Positions 1 to 8,738 of a stretch of DNA of 20,000 nucleotides are shown in pieces (position 1 is the first letter of the stretch; every line of letters begins with the position of its first letter). Below the pieces are notes generated by a model, which worked only from the letters and a program-made list of their open reading frames with translations, was not told the DNA's origin and made no database searches. The DNA is taken from the sequence record DRR378314_1406; one strand, given 5' to 3'. The position numbers and the translations under genes are program-made.

Positions 1-1
1 A

Positions 2-634
2 ATTCACCGGTTTCTGAAAGAAAGAATTTTTCTGAATAGCATCTTCCGTCATTTCAGTGTTGGGTACTGCGGTTTGCGCATCCGGGTTTTCAATGACTTC
101 GGCGGCCTGAATGATTTCTTCTTCTTCGGCAGGGCCATCTGGTGCGGAAGCCGCGTCAGCTGTGGGGGCTGAGGTCCCGTTTCCGGCCGCTTCTGCGGTG
201 CTGACCAACTCGTTAAATTTGGCGAAAAATTCACCGGCCAGTTTTTTGGCGGTGCTGTCGATCAGACGAGAGCCAATCTGCGCCATTTTGCCGCCAACCG
301 ACGCTTTAACGTCATAGGATAGAAGGGTTCCATCGGGTGCATCGGTAAGGGTGATATCCGCGCCGCCCTTTCCAAATCCAGCCGCGCCGCCTTTACCTTC
401 GCCGGTGATGGTATAGCCATTGGGGGCATCAATATTGCTGAGGGTAACCTGACCTTTGAAGGTGGCTTTTACCGGTCCAACCTTGACTTTGACCCTGGCG
501 GAGAAGGAGGTATCGCTGTCTTTTTCCACTTCTTCGCATCCGGGGATGGCCTGGCGCAGGATTTCTGTATCATTCAGCGCCTGCCAGACGACCTCTCTTG
601 GCGCATTAATCAGCTCTTCACCGCTCATTTCCAT
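2..634 (-). CDS. coxG: CoxG-family (SRPBCC/START fold) protein, 3' end runs off the window
   Basis: Not in the ORF track because it has no stop in the window. Manual translation from ATG 634: MEMSGEELINAPREVVWQALNDTEILRQAIPGCEEVEK...KVKVGPVKATFKG...GEGKGGAAGFGKG...VGGKMAQIGSRLIDSTAKKLAGEFF, a typical CoxG signature. An Ala/Glu/Pro-rich linker follows. GAGGT SD upstream. Confidence 0.9.
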   Translation of the reverse strand, partial: MEMSGEELINAPREVVWQALNDTEILRQAIPGCEEVEKDSDTSFSARVKVKVGPVKATFKGQVTLSNIDAPNGYTITGEGKGGAAGFGKGGADITLTDAPDGTLLSYDVKASVGGKMAQIGSRLIDSTAKKLAGEFFAKFNELVSTAEAAGNGTSAPTADAASAPDGPAEEEEIIQAAEVIENPDAQTAVPNTEMTEDAIQKNSFFQKPVN

Positions 635-670
635 GGGGAGACCTCTATCCTTTATGTTATTTGTGACGTA

Positions 671-700
671 AATCTACCGGAAGAGAGGCCCCGGCTGCAA
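671..700 (-). promoter_or_regulatory. Putative sigma70 promoter of coxG (TTGCAG-N18-TAGATT)
   Basis: Hexamers read on the minus strand, ending about 37 nt upstream of the start codon. Confidence 0.4.
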
Positions 701-804
701 GTGTTATGGATATCCAATTGTGAGGAGTTGATATTCAGAAACGGAATTTCGGCTTATAAAGATTACAATTTTTTCAATATCAAAGAATCGCCGCCAATTG
801 GGTT

Positions 805-823
805 GGTTAAGAGGTGATTAACC
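805..823 (+). promoter_or_regulatory. CtrA-binding box (GG-TTAA-gaggtga-TTAAC-C)
   Basis: Exact match to the TTAA-N7-TTAAC consensus (TTAA 807-810 and 818-821), 47 nt upstream of ATG 869. Candidate -10 TATTTT at 833-838. Confidence 0.7.
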
Positions 824-868
824 ATTACTCTTTATTTTGAGCGGTGGATTTTTGATTAGGGGGACTGA

Positions 869-1477
869 ATGCGTCCGGCAATTCGATCAACATTTGATGT
901 CGTCGCCTGGCTTCAGGGGCAGGCAGAACAAGCAGAAACGGAACTCGCACCTTCCGTCCTGATGAAACTTCTGTACCTGTCGCAAGCGGTTTACGCGGCT
1001 GAAAACCAGAAGGGCAAACTGATGCCAGCGACGTTTCTGGCAACAGAAGTCGGACCGATCGAGCCTGATCTTTTCATTGCTCTGGAGCAGGGTATCGCTG
1101 TTGACGGTGCGGTTGATCCATCCCCAACGGTCGAAGAAGTGTTGAGCGGTATCTGGGAAAGTTATTCGGATATGAGCGATGAGATGCTGACCGAGATCCT
1201 GGAAAATGATGTGGCAATCCGCAATGCCCGCCGGAAAGGCCGGAATTCTGAAATCCTGATCGAAGATATGGTCTCTGCTTATCCCGGCGGATTGAAAGCC
1301 TTGCTTGGCATGACCCAGGTCAGCACATTTCCCGATGGTTCGCCTTATAATGTGGATCATTCCAATCTGGAAGCCGCGCCGCCATCTTCTCAAGAAGTGC
1401 GCTTTACTGCAGATGGGCGTTCGGTCACCCGTTGGATGCCGAAAAAGCGAATGCGGTCCAAAGATCTCAAAAAATAG
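869..1477 (+). CDS. Panacea / SocA / GepA (DUF4065)-like domain protein, divergent and stand-alone
   Basis: FDVVAWL...LMKLLYLSQAVY...LMPATFLATEVGPIEP...VLSGIWESYSDMS...EILIEDMVSAY parallels the Panacea pattern DVA..F...KLQKLLYYAQ...LF...EAW.HGPV.P...VW..YG..S...I..E.M..Y. SD AGGGGG upstream. Confidence 0.7.
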   Translation: MRPAIRSTFDVVAWLQGQAEQAETELAPSVLMKLLYLSQAVYAAENQKGKLMPATFLATEVGPIEPDLFIALEQGIAVDGAVDPSPTVEEVLSGIWESYSDMSDEMLTEILENDVAIRNARRKGRNSEILIEDMVSAYPGGLKALLGMTQVSTFPDGSPYNVDHSNLEAAPPSSQEVRFTADGRSVTRWMPKKRMRSKDLKK

Positions 1478-1491
1478 GCGCTGGCGCCAAC

Positions 1492-2361
1492 TCAGCTTTT
1501 CTTATGAGATGAAAACCGAGCTTTCAGCCCTTCGCAATATTCCGCGTGGGTTTTGCCAACGCTTGTCGTCACCCAGATGGCATCATAGGTGGTAAAGAGT
1601 TCCCATTCCGCCGGTTCCGCTTCCTCTTCAATAAGCCCGAGAACATAAAGATTATCGGCACCCGTTTGCAGTAGATGCTGGGGAACCCCCCGGTCTTTGC
1701 GCGTGTGGCCATTGCCGGCAATCAAAAATGCCTGAGCGCCTTCCTGTTTTTGCAGAAGCTGACGGCTCATCAGGTCATCTTTCAAGACTTGCAACTCGCT
1801 CATGGGTCGGACCATTTCCTCGGGCAGTAGATTGCAATGGGAATAGCGGATTTCAGCGTCCAGGTCGGTCATCAACTGATCAGATAAAACTTGCGGGCGG
1901 GCAATTTTCAGCATGGCCTGCTTCATCAGTTTTTCGCGCGGGTAACTGCCATAAAGAATCCGGGCACCTGCCTGTTTGGCGGCTTTCAACAGCGGCGCAT
2001 AATAGGACCAGGACGGCCAACCGCTGGACTTCCAGTCAAGGGCCTGGGCCAGGTCCTCAAAGGCGATATCACCGGCAAGATACTGATCGATAACAGGTTG
2101 CTGCTGATCGGTGATCATTTCAAACACCACCAGATCGCCCGGTTTGACAAAATTTTCCAGCAATTGCGCCTGAATTCGGTGGTGCGCCGGATTGTCATGC
2201 TTTTCACCGATCATGACAAAATCTGCAGTTGTAATGTTATCGGCAAGATGGGTGCTGTTCACCGTGTCATAAACACTGGCACTGGGATAAGGATCGGGTG
2301 CGGTGCAGGCAGCAAGCGCCAAAGCGAGAAGGCTGATAGCAACGATTGCAGGATTTTTCAT
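1492..2361 (-). CDS. ChaN-family (haem-binding/iron-regulated, Tiki superfamily) lipoprotein
   Basis: Lipobox LAAC; motifs VMIGEKHDNPAHH, VFEM, W..SGWP.W..Y.P, HC..LP, IAGNGH.RKD.GVP. Start 2361 preferred over 2373. Confidence 0.85.
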   Translation of the reverse strand: MKNPAIVAISLLALALAACTAPDPYPSASVYDTVNSTHLADNITTADFVMIGEKHDNPAHHRIQAQLLENFVKPGDLVVFEMITDQQQPVIDQYLAGDIAFEDLAQALDWKSSGWPSWSYYAPLLKAAKQAGARILYGSYPREKLMKQAMLKIARPQVLSDQLMTDLDAEIRYSHCNLLPEEMVRPMSELQVLKDDLMSRQLLQKQEGAQAFLIAGNGHTRKDRGVPQHLLQTGADNLYVLGLIEEEAEPAEWELFTTYDAIWVTTSVGKTHAEYCEGLKARFSSHKKS

Positions 2362-2365
2362 GTGA

Positions 2366-4057
2366 TCAGCCATAAAAGATAATGACGAAAATACTTAACG
2401 TCAGCAGGATAAGAAAGACAGCCGTGCCAGATGCCATTGTCCGCGACATGACCCCGCCAAGGCCGTGGGTTTGCCGGGCTTTGTCGATAATCTGGCGAAT
2501 GAGATGTTGGAGCCAGTCCAGCAGGATCCCCCAGAACTGGTCAATCCAGCCGCCAATTTTCAGGCAAAGTTGCTTCAGTGGCCGTCGATAGATCCAGTCG
2601 AAATCCAGAATACGGCCATCGGTAATCACCGGATAAACGCCGAAGCGTAATGCCGCGGCAAAGCCAAGGGCAGTGAAAGCAATCAATTGCAATTGGGTGA
2701 CTACATGGCTGGCTGTATAGACATGGTAATCCATTTCATAGGGCAACAATGCAAAGAAGCTGGACGGGGAAATCCCAATGGCAAGCGCGCCACCTGCGAG
2801 AATTGCCATGGCAAACAACATATGTTTGGGCGCTTCCTGCAGGGAGGTGCCGTTGTCTTTGCCAAAAAAGCCAAGGGCCGGGATTTTAAGCCCCACATTG
2901 TCAATAACGGCCACGGCGCCAAACAGCATGGCTAGCCAGAGGATCACCAGTTTTTCATCAAGCGCCGCAGACAGGATCAGGCTTTTGGTGGCAAATGCAC
3001 CGGTGAGCGGAAAGGCAATGATGGTCAAAGAACCAATAATGACAAAAACCGTGGTCAAGGGCATGGATTTGTAAACGGCGCCCAGTTCGGTGATTTTGGC
3101 AGTTCCAGCCCGGTACAGAACGGCCCCGGTTGCCATGAAAATCAGGCAGGTATAGAGGATACTGATCACCGCATGGGCCGCGACACCGTTGAGCGCCAGT
3201 TCGCTGCCAATACCGATCGCAACGACCATGAAACCCTGCTGACTGTTCAGCGAATAAGCCATGGTCCGCCGCAGATCATTTTCCAGAGTTGCATGAATGA
3301 CCGGGAAGATCACCATGATCGCCCCGATCCAGAGCAACAAGTCTTCTCCTGCAAAAGCACGGGCGAGCGCATATATGGCCAATTTGGTGGTGAAGGCGGA
3401 CAGAATAACCGTCCCGCTGATGGTGGCTTGGGGGTAGGCATCCTGAACCCAGTTATGCAGGAGCGGGAAGGCGGCTTTTATGCCAAAGGCGATGAGGAAC
3501 AGCCAACCAGCCAGGTTATCCAGCTGCATAGCCGTAAAGGTAATGGAGCCGGACTGGCTCACATATAGGATAATACCACCCAACAGGATGACGCCACTGG
3601 TCACCTGAATGATCAGATAGCGGATCCCCGCGCGATAGGATCGTTCCGTGCGGCTGGCAAAAACAAGGAAAACCGAAGAGACAGCCGTCAATTCCCAATA
3701 GGAAAACAGACTGATCAGGTCGCCGGAGAATACGGCAGCGATGGAGGCGCCAGCATAAATCAGGGTGGCAACCTGCTGCACAGTATCGCGCACATGCAGG
3801 GCATATAGAAGCCCGGCAAACGCCGCTAGCAGAAAGATCAGACCGAAGACCCGGGAAAACGCGTCGATTTTGGTCAGGATCAGGGTCATTCCCATCAGGT
3901 CGATTTCGCCCCAGCTTCCAAGGCCAAGGGACATCAACTGGGCAAAAGCAAGGATCGGCAAACCCAGCAGCAGACCGCTTCGGATGAAGCTGCTGGTAAA
4001 GGGCACCAAAAGCGCGCCGAGGATCAGGATCAGGCCGGGGTTCAAGCCATCAATCAT
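2366..4057 (-). CDS. mrpD: Mrp Na+/H+ antiporter subunit D-family protein (third copy)
   Basis: Proton_antipo_M-type motifs YWEL, IKAAFPLLHNW, SAFTTK. Start 4057 (MIDGLNPG) has a GGAGG SD and overlaps the upstream small gene. Confidence 0.85.
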   Translation of the reverse strand: MIDGLNPGLILILGALLVPFTSSFIRSGLLLGLPILAFAQLMSLGLGSWGEIDLMGMTLILTKIDAFSRVFGLIFLLAAFAGLLYALHVRDTVQQVATLIYAGASIAAVFSGDLISLFSYWELTAVSSVFLVFASRTERSYRAGIRYLIIQVTSGVILLGGIILYVSQSGSITFTAMQLDNLAGWLFLIAFGIKAAFPLLHNWVQDAYPQATISGTVILSAFTTKLAIYALARAFAGEDLLLWIGAIMVIFPVIHATLENDLRRTMAYSLNSQQGFMVVAIGIGSELALNGVAAHAVISILYTCLIFMATGAVLYRAGTAKITELGAVYKSMPLTTVFVIIGSLTIIAFPLTGAFATKSLILSAALDEKLVILWLAMLFGAVAVIDNVGLKIPALGFFGKDNGTSLQEAPKHMLFAMAILAGGALAIGISPSSFFALLPYEMDYHVYTASHVVTQLQLIAFTALGFAAALRFGVYPVITDGRILDFDWIYRRPLKQLCLKIGGWIDQFWGILLDWLQHLIRQIIDKARQTHGLGGVMSRTMASGTAVFLILLTLSIFVIIFYG

Positions 4058-4319
4058 AGTAATCCTCCCGCACAGAAAGCCAGCTTTGAACAGCTTTTGC
4101 ACAGACAATCAGCGTGAGAAACCCGATCATGCCATAAAGCCCGTAAAAGACGGGGATTTTTTCAATTTCCGTGTAGGGATGCATTTCATAAACGATATGA
4201 AACAGGGATAGCAGATCCGGGATTGAGACCAGAATGGCAAAGATAACCAGACCCCAATAAAGGCGGGTCTTCATTTCGGGTTTTTCGAGCCAGCTTTGGT
4301 TTGAATTTTCTGATGACAT
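4050..4319 (-). CDS. Small two-TM membrane protein within the mrp operon
   Basis: 89 aa, two hydrophobic segments, PVFYGLYG motif and C-terminal REDYYD. Tightly packed between mrpD copies. Confidence 0.8.
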   Translation of the reverse strand: MSSENSNQSWLEKPEMKTRLYWGLVIFAILVSIPDLLSLFHIVYEMHPYTEIEKIPVFYGLYGMIGFLTLIVCAKAVQSWLSVREDYYD

Positions 4320-4330
4320 GATGATATCCC

Positions 4331-5836
4331 CTATTTCCCAAGTGCTGGTAGCAAGAGCTGATAAATGGGATCAACAGCAAAGAAAAGAACGATACAGCCG
4401 ATGGCCGTGAGAACAGGCGGCAATACACACAGAAGCGGTGCTTCTTTTAACGCTCCCCAATTGAGCAGGCTTTTCTCGGAACCGACAGGCTGGACTTCGT
4501 CAGACTTTCCAAGCGGGGCAAAGAAGAAGCCGCGAATAACGATGGGCATCAGATAGCCGATATTCAGAAGCGAACTGACGAGCAGGACCCCAAGGACAAA
4601 TAGCTGATCGGCCTCAATTGCGCCAAACATGATATAGAATTTTGCCCAGCTTCCCCCAAGCGGCGGCAGGCCGATAATGCTAAGGGCGCCGATCAGAAAT
4701 GCGCCAAAGGTGAAGGGCATCAGACGGCCCAATCCGCGCATGTCCGAAATTTCTGTCTTTTTGGTGGCCGTATAGATGGCCCCTGCACAGAAAAAGAGGG
4801 TGATTTTCCCAAAAGCATGCATGACGATCTGCAGCGCGCCGCCGGCGACCGCCATCGGGGTTACCAAAGAGGCGGCCAGAACAATATAAGCCAGTTGACT
4901 GATCGTGGAATAGGCCAGCCGGGCCTTCAGGTTGTCCTTGGTCATGGCCACAACAGAGGCGGCGATCAAAGTGAAAGAGGCAACCCATGTCAACCAGTCT
5001 GCTGCACCGGTTTCTGCGAGGAAATCAACGCCAAAGATATAGACGACAACTTTCAAGACAGAAAAGACACCGGCCTTCACCACCGCAACCGCGTGCAAAA
5101 GGGCACTGACCGGGGTGGGGGCAACCATGGCAGAGGGAAGCCACCGATGGATTGGCATCAGCGCGGCTTTGCCAATGCCATACATGAACAGGAATAGCAT
5201 AACGCCGGTCATGGTGGCGCTGACGCTTCCCGCCAGAATGCCGCCCGCAGTGAAATCCGTGGTGCCAGTGAGGGTCCAGACCCAGATAATGGCCGGCAGG
5301 AACAGTCCAATCGAAGTACCCAGCAAGATGCCAAGATAAATCCGGCCGCCTTTAAGGGCGGCATCGTTGCCTTTATGGGTGACCAGTGGATAGGTCGACA
5401 GGCTGAGCACTTCGTAGAAAATGAACAGGGTCAGCAGGTTTTCAGCAAAGGCAATCCCCATGGCCGCCGAAATGGCAATGGTGAAGCAGACATAAAAACG
5501 GGTCTGCTTATTTTCGTTATTGCCCCGCATGTAGCCGATGGAATAGAGCGAGTTGATAATCCAGAGGGAGGATGCCACACAGGCAAAAATCATCCCAAGA
5601 GGTTCGACTTTAAGCGCAATATCCAGGCCGGGCAGTGTGGAGATCAGGGACGCCTGTGGATAGGTTCCGTCCAGAACCGCCAGCAGGATCACCATGACAT
5701 TGACGAACAGAAGCCCCGCTGTTGTCAGTGTTGCTGTTTCGCGCAAATTGGGCATGCTGCCAAGCAAAGCAACAAGTGCGCCACCGATCAGCGGAATAAA
5801 TAGAGAGAGAACCAGGTGGGTTTCAAGAGAAAACAT
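4331..5836 (-). CDS. mrpD: Mrp antiporter subunit D family (MrpA'/NuoL-like motifs)
   Basis: FYEVLS, GKAALMPIHRWLP, APTPVSALLHA, HAFGK motifs. Confidence 0.9.
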   Translation of the reverse strand: MFSLETHLVLSLFIPLIGGALVALLGSMPNLRETATLTTAGLLFVNVMVILLAVLDGTYPQASLISTLPGLDIALKVEPLGMIFACVASSLWIINSLYSIGYMRGNNENKQTRFYVCFTIAISAAMGIAFAENLLTLFIFYEVLSLSTYPLVTHKGNDAALKGGRIYLGILLGTSIGLFLPAIIWVWTLTGTTDFTAGGILAGSVSATMTGVMLFLFMYGIGKAALMPIHRWLPSAMVAPTPVSALLHAVAVVKAGVFSVLKVVVYIFGVDFLAETGAADWLTWVASFTLIAASVVAMTKDNLKARLAYSTISQLAYIVLAASLVTPMAVAGGALQIVMHAFGKITLFFCAGAIYTATKKTEISDMRGLGRLMPFTFGAFLIGALSIIGLPPLGGSWAKFYIMFGAIEADQLFVLGVLLVSSLLNIGYLMPIVIRGFFFAPLGKSDEVQPVGSEKSLLNWGALKEAPLLCVLPPVLTAIGCIVLFFAVDPIYQLLLPALGK

Positions 5837-7335
5837 CAGTTGGCTCCTCCCATCAGGAAGGCAGCGGCTGCCTTGGCAAATCCAACATTCAAGGACGTCT
5901 CAATACCGAAATAGAACATGGCTGCGATAAAAAGCCAGCTTGGGATCAGGAGGCTTAAAGGCGCCTCCCCGGAAGGGGCGTTATCCGGCGCCGGTTTGAA
6001 ATATGCGACTTCTACGACCTTCCAGACATAAATCACGGCAAATAAAGAGGAGATCAACATGGTAATGGCAAGGCCGTATCCCAGCATATCGCCCCGTTCC
6101 AGAACCGCCTGAACCAGGTACCATTTGCTGATGAAGCCAGGGGTTAGCGGCACCCCGATCAGCGCCAGCCCCCCCAGAACAAATCCAAAGGTGGTCAGCG
6201 GCATGCGCTGGCCGATCCCGCCAAGGTCTTTTAAGTACGTGCTGCCGGTAACATAGAACATCGCCCCAACTGAAAGGAACAGACCTGTTTTGACAATCGC
6301 GTGATTAAAGATATGCAGAAGGCCCGCTGTGAGCCCAATTTCGGAGGCCAAAGCAATGCCAAGGGTCATATAGCCCAACTGCGCCACGCTGGAAAAAGCC
6401 AGCAGTTTTTTCAGGTTGTCCTGGAAAATGGCGACGACGGACATGCTCAGATAGGCCACTACGGCAAATGGGATCAGCAGCTGGGTTAGCGGAAGTTCTC
6501 CAAACGCAAAATCCCAACCAAAAATGGTGAAGATAAAGCGGATCAGAAGATATACTGAAACCTTGGTAGCCGTGCCGGCAAAGAAGGCCGTTATGATGGT
6601 CGGCGCATAGGAATAGGCGTTTGGCAACCAGCTATGAAAAGGGAACATGGCCAGTTTGATGGCAATTCCGATGACCAAAAATCCGACTGCCGCACGGACG
6701 GGCCGGGTGTCTTCGATACTGTCAAACTGGCTGGCGATATCCGCAATATTGAGGGTTCCCGTCATCAGGTAGAGAAGCCCCACGCCGATCAAAATAAAGG
6801 TCGCCCCGATGGTGCCAAGGATTAGATACTGAAAGGCCGCAGTGAGCGCCCGTTTGTCATTTTTCTCCCCCATGGAAATCAGCACGTAGGAGGAAAGGGA
6901 GGTGATTTCCAGGAAGACAAAGATATTGAACGCATCACCGGTTGCAGTAATCCCCATCATTCCAGCGAGCGCCAGCAGATAGGCGGAGAAGAATAGCCCC
7001 AGGCGGCTTGGCGCCACTTCTCGGTTGATGCTTTCCCGGGCATATAACAGAACCCCGGTGCTGATGCCACTGATCACCAGCAGCACAAATGCACTTAATG
7101 GATCGATGACATATTCAATGCCCCAGGGCGCCGCCCAGCCGCCAATTTCATAGGAAATCGGGCCGCTTTCATTGACCAGAAACAGCAGATCAAGACTTAT
7201 CCAGAAGGAAAGACCACTTAAAATCGTTGTAAAGGCCCAGGGAACGTTCCCCCCGCGCAGCAAAGCACAAATCGGCGCGCCCAAAAGCGGGAGAATAATA
7301 GCGAGGATCGGGGCCTGGGAAATAAATGAACTCAT
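5836..7335 (-). CDS. mrpD: Mrp antiporter subunit D
   Basis: GDAFNIFVFLEI, KLAMFPFHSWLPNAY, NHAIVK, GFISKW motifs. Confidence 0.92.
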   Translation of the reverse strand: MSSFISQAPILAIILPLLGAPICALLRGGNVPWAFTTILSGLSFWISLDLLFLVNESGPISYEIGGWAAPWGIEYVIDPLSAFVLLVISGISTGVLLYARESINREVAPSRLGLFFSAYLLALAGMMGITATGDAFNIFVFLEITSLSSYVLISMGEKNDKRALTAAFQYLILGTIGATFILIGVGLLYLMTGTLNIADIASQFDSIEDTRPVRAAVGFLVIGIAIKLAMFPFHSWLPNAYSYAPTIITAFFAGTATKVSVYLLIRFIFTIFGWDFAFGELPLTQLLIPFAVVAYLSMSVVAIFQDNLKKLLAFSSVAQLGYMTLGIALASEIGLTAGLLHIFNHAIVKTGLFLSVGAMFYVTGSTYLKDLGGIGQRMPLTTFGFVLGGLALIGVPLTPGFISKWYLVQAVLERGDMLGYGLAITMLISSLFAVIYVWKVVEVAYFKPAPDNAPSGEAPLSLLIPSWLFIAAMFYFGIETSLNVGFAKAAAAFLMGGAN

Positions 7336-7691
7336 TTAGATGTTTCCTCCTGCTGGAGGATTTCTTCTTCATCAATGGTGCCGAAGGCTTCCTTGATCCG
7401 AACAACCAGGGACAACCCCAGGGCCGTTGTTGCAACACCCACGACAATCGCGGTCAGGATCAGAACATGGGGCAGGGGGTTGGAATAAAGGGTGTTGGGA
7501 TCTTCGATAAAAATCGGTGCCGTGCCGCCCTCTATCTTGCCCATGGTGATGTAAAACAAAAAGACGGAAATCTGAAACAGGCTGAGCCCGATCATTTTTT
7601 TGATCAGGTTGGTCCGGCTCATCACCGTGTAAAGACCGATGACAAACAGTATGACAAAGATCCAGTAATTATAATGATCGAAGAAGGTCAT
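7332..7691 (-). CDS. mrpC: Mrp antiporter subunit C
   Basis: NLIKKMIGL and NPLPHVLILTAIVVG motifs. Confidence 0.93.
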   Translation of the reverse strand: MTFFDHYNYWIFVILFVIGLYTVMSRTNLIKKMIGLSLFQISVFLFYITMGKIEGGTAPIFIEDPNTLYSNPLPHVLILTAIVVGVATTALGLSLVVRIKEAFGTIDEEEILQQEETSK

Positions 7692-7694
7692 GTG

Positions 7695-8738
7695 TTAATT
7701 CTCTTCGGTCTGTTTGATGAATTCGGACCGGTTGGCAAATCCGTAAAAAATGGAGAGCATGGCCGCAGTCACTGTGATACCAACACCTAGTTCAACTAGC
7801 AGAATTCCCAGATGTTGCCCAGCAATCGGATCGCTGGCCAGTATGTTATAGTCGAGGAAATTGGCACCCAGCAGCATACTGACAACGCCAACGCCGCCAT
7901 AGAGCAGAACACCTGCAGCGAGCAGCACCTGCACGACCCAAAGGGGCAGGAGCTTTTGGGTATATTCCATTCCGAAAACCAGTGAATAAAGAATAATGCC
8001 GGCGGCAAAGATCACGCCGGCCTGAAACCCTCCGCCGGGTCCAAAATCGCCATGGAACTGTACATATAGGCCAAATAACAAAATGAACGGGATCAACAAT
8101 TTGGCAACCACATGAGGGACCAGGTCATGAATGTTGGGCGCAACCCTCTGCTCAGCGGCATCATTGAGAATTTCGGTCTGATCTTCACCCTCGGGATTTG
8201 ATTCAGGTCGCCGCCGAAGCTGCCGCAGGATGAGTAATACGGCAATACCGGCTGTGAAAATCACGGTGACTTCGCCAAATGTGTCATAGCCCCGATAGCT
8301 GGCAAGAACCGCTGTCACCGCATTGGGGACATCAATTTCATTGGGGCTTTGCTGCAAGAACCGTTCGGTCAGGCGGCTGGATTGAACCGGGGTGTCAGGA
8401 TGACCAACCGGCGGCATATCAAAGGTTGCATATAAAAGTGCACCGCCAACGATCAAGGAGATCAGAAGGGGAAGTACTGGTTTCTTCTTGGATTCTTTTT
8501 CTTCCGCACCGACTAACGATAGGGTCCCCAGAAATAGAACTGTACTGATCCCGGCGCCAACCGCAGCTTCGGTAAAGGCGACATCCACAGCATCCAAAAT
8601 GACAAAGATCAAGGCCATCAGAAAGCTGACGGCTGCCAGCAGCATGGTTGCGATAAACAGATTGCGAACGTAAAGAACCCCAAGTGCCCCGGCGACCAGC
8701 AGGATCATGAGAAAAATATTGGTAAATTCTTCCATCAT
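7695..8738 (-). CDS. mrpB: Mrp subunit B fused to DUF4040 (MrpA C-terminal-like) module
   Basis: AVDVAFTEAAVGAG (DUF4040), NAVTAVLASYRGYDTFGE, HGDFGPGGGFQAG (MnhB). Confidence 0.9.
   Translation of the reverse strand: MMEEFTNIFLMILLVAGALGVLYVRNLFIATMLLAAVSFLMALIFVILDAVDVAFTEAAVGAGISTVLFLGTLSLVGAEEKESKKKPVLPLLISLIVGGALLYATFDMPPVGHPDTPVQSSRLTERFLQQSPNEIDVPNAVTAVLASYRGYDTFGEVTVIFTAGIAVLLILRQLRRRPESNPEGEDQTEILNDAAEQRVAPNIHDLVPHVVAKLLIPFILLFGLYVQFHGDFGPGGGFQAGVIFAAGIILYSLVFGMEYTQKLLPLWVVQVLLAAGVLLYGGVGVVSMLLGANFLDYNILASDPIAGQHLGILLVELGVGITVTAAMLSIFYGFANRSEFIKQTEEN

Noticed and set aside
49-671. Track ORFs 49..234, 111..317 and 456..671
   Set aside because: Off-frame or antisense shadows of the coxG gene.
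701-817. 38-codon GTG-started ORF upstream of the Panacea-like gene as a small toxin
   Set aside because: Weak SD, AT-rich intergenic composition, overlaps the CtrA box, and has no hydrophobic or known toxin features. Only Ribo-seq could rescue it.
887-1393. 168-aa antisense ORF as the missing toxin for the Panacea-like gene
   Set aside because: Lies wholly antisense within the real gene, has no recognisable motif, and looks like a typical shadow ORF.
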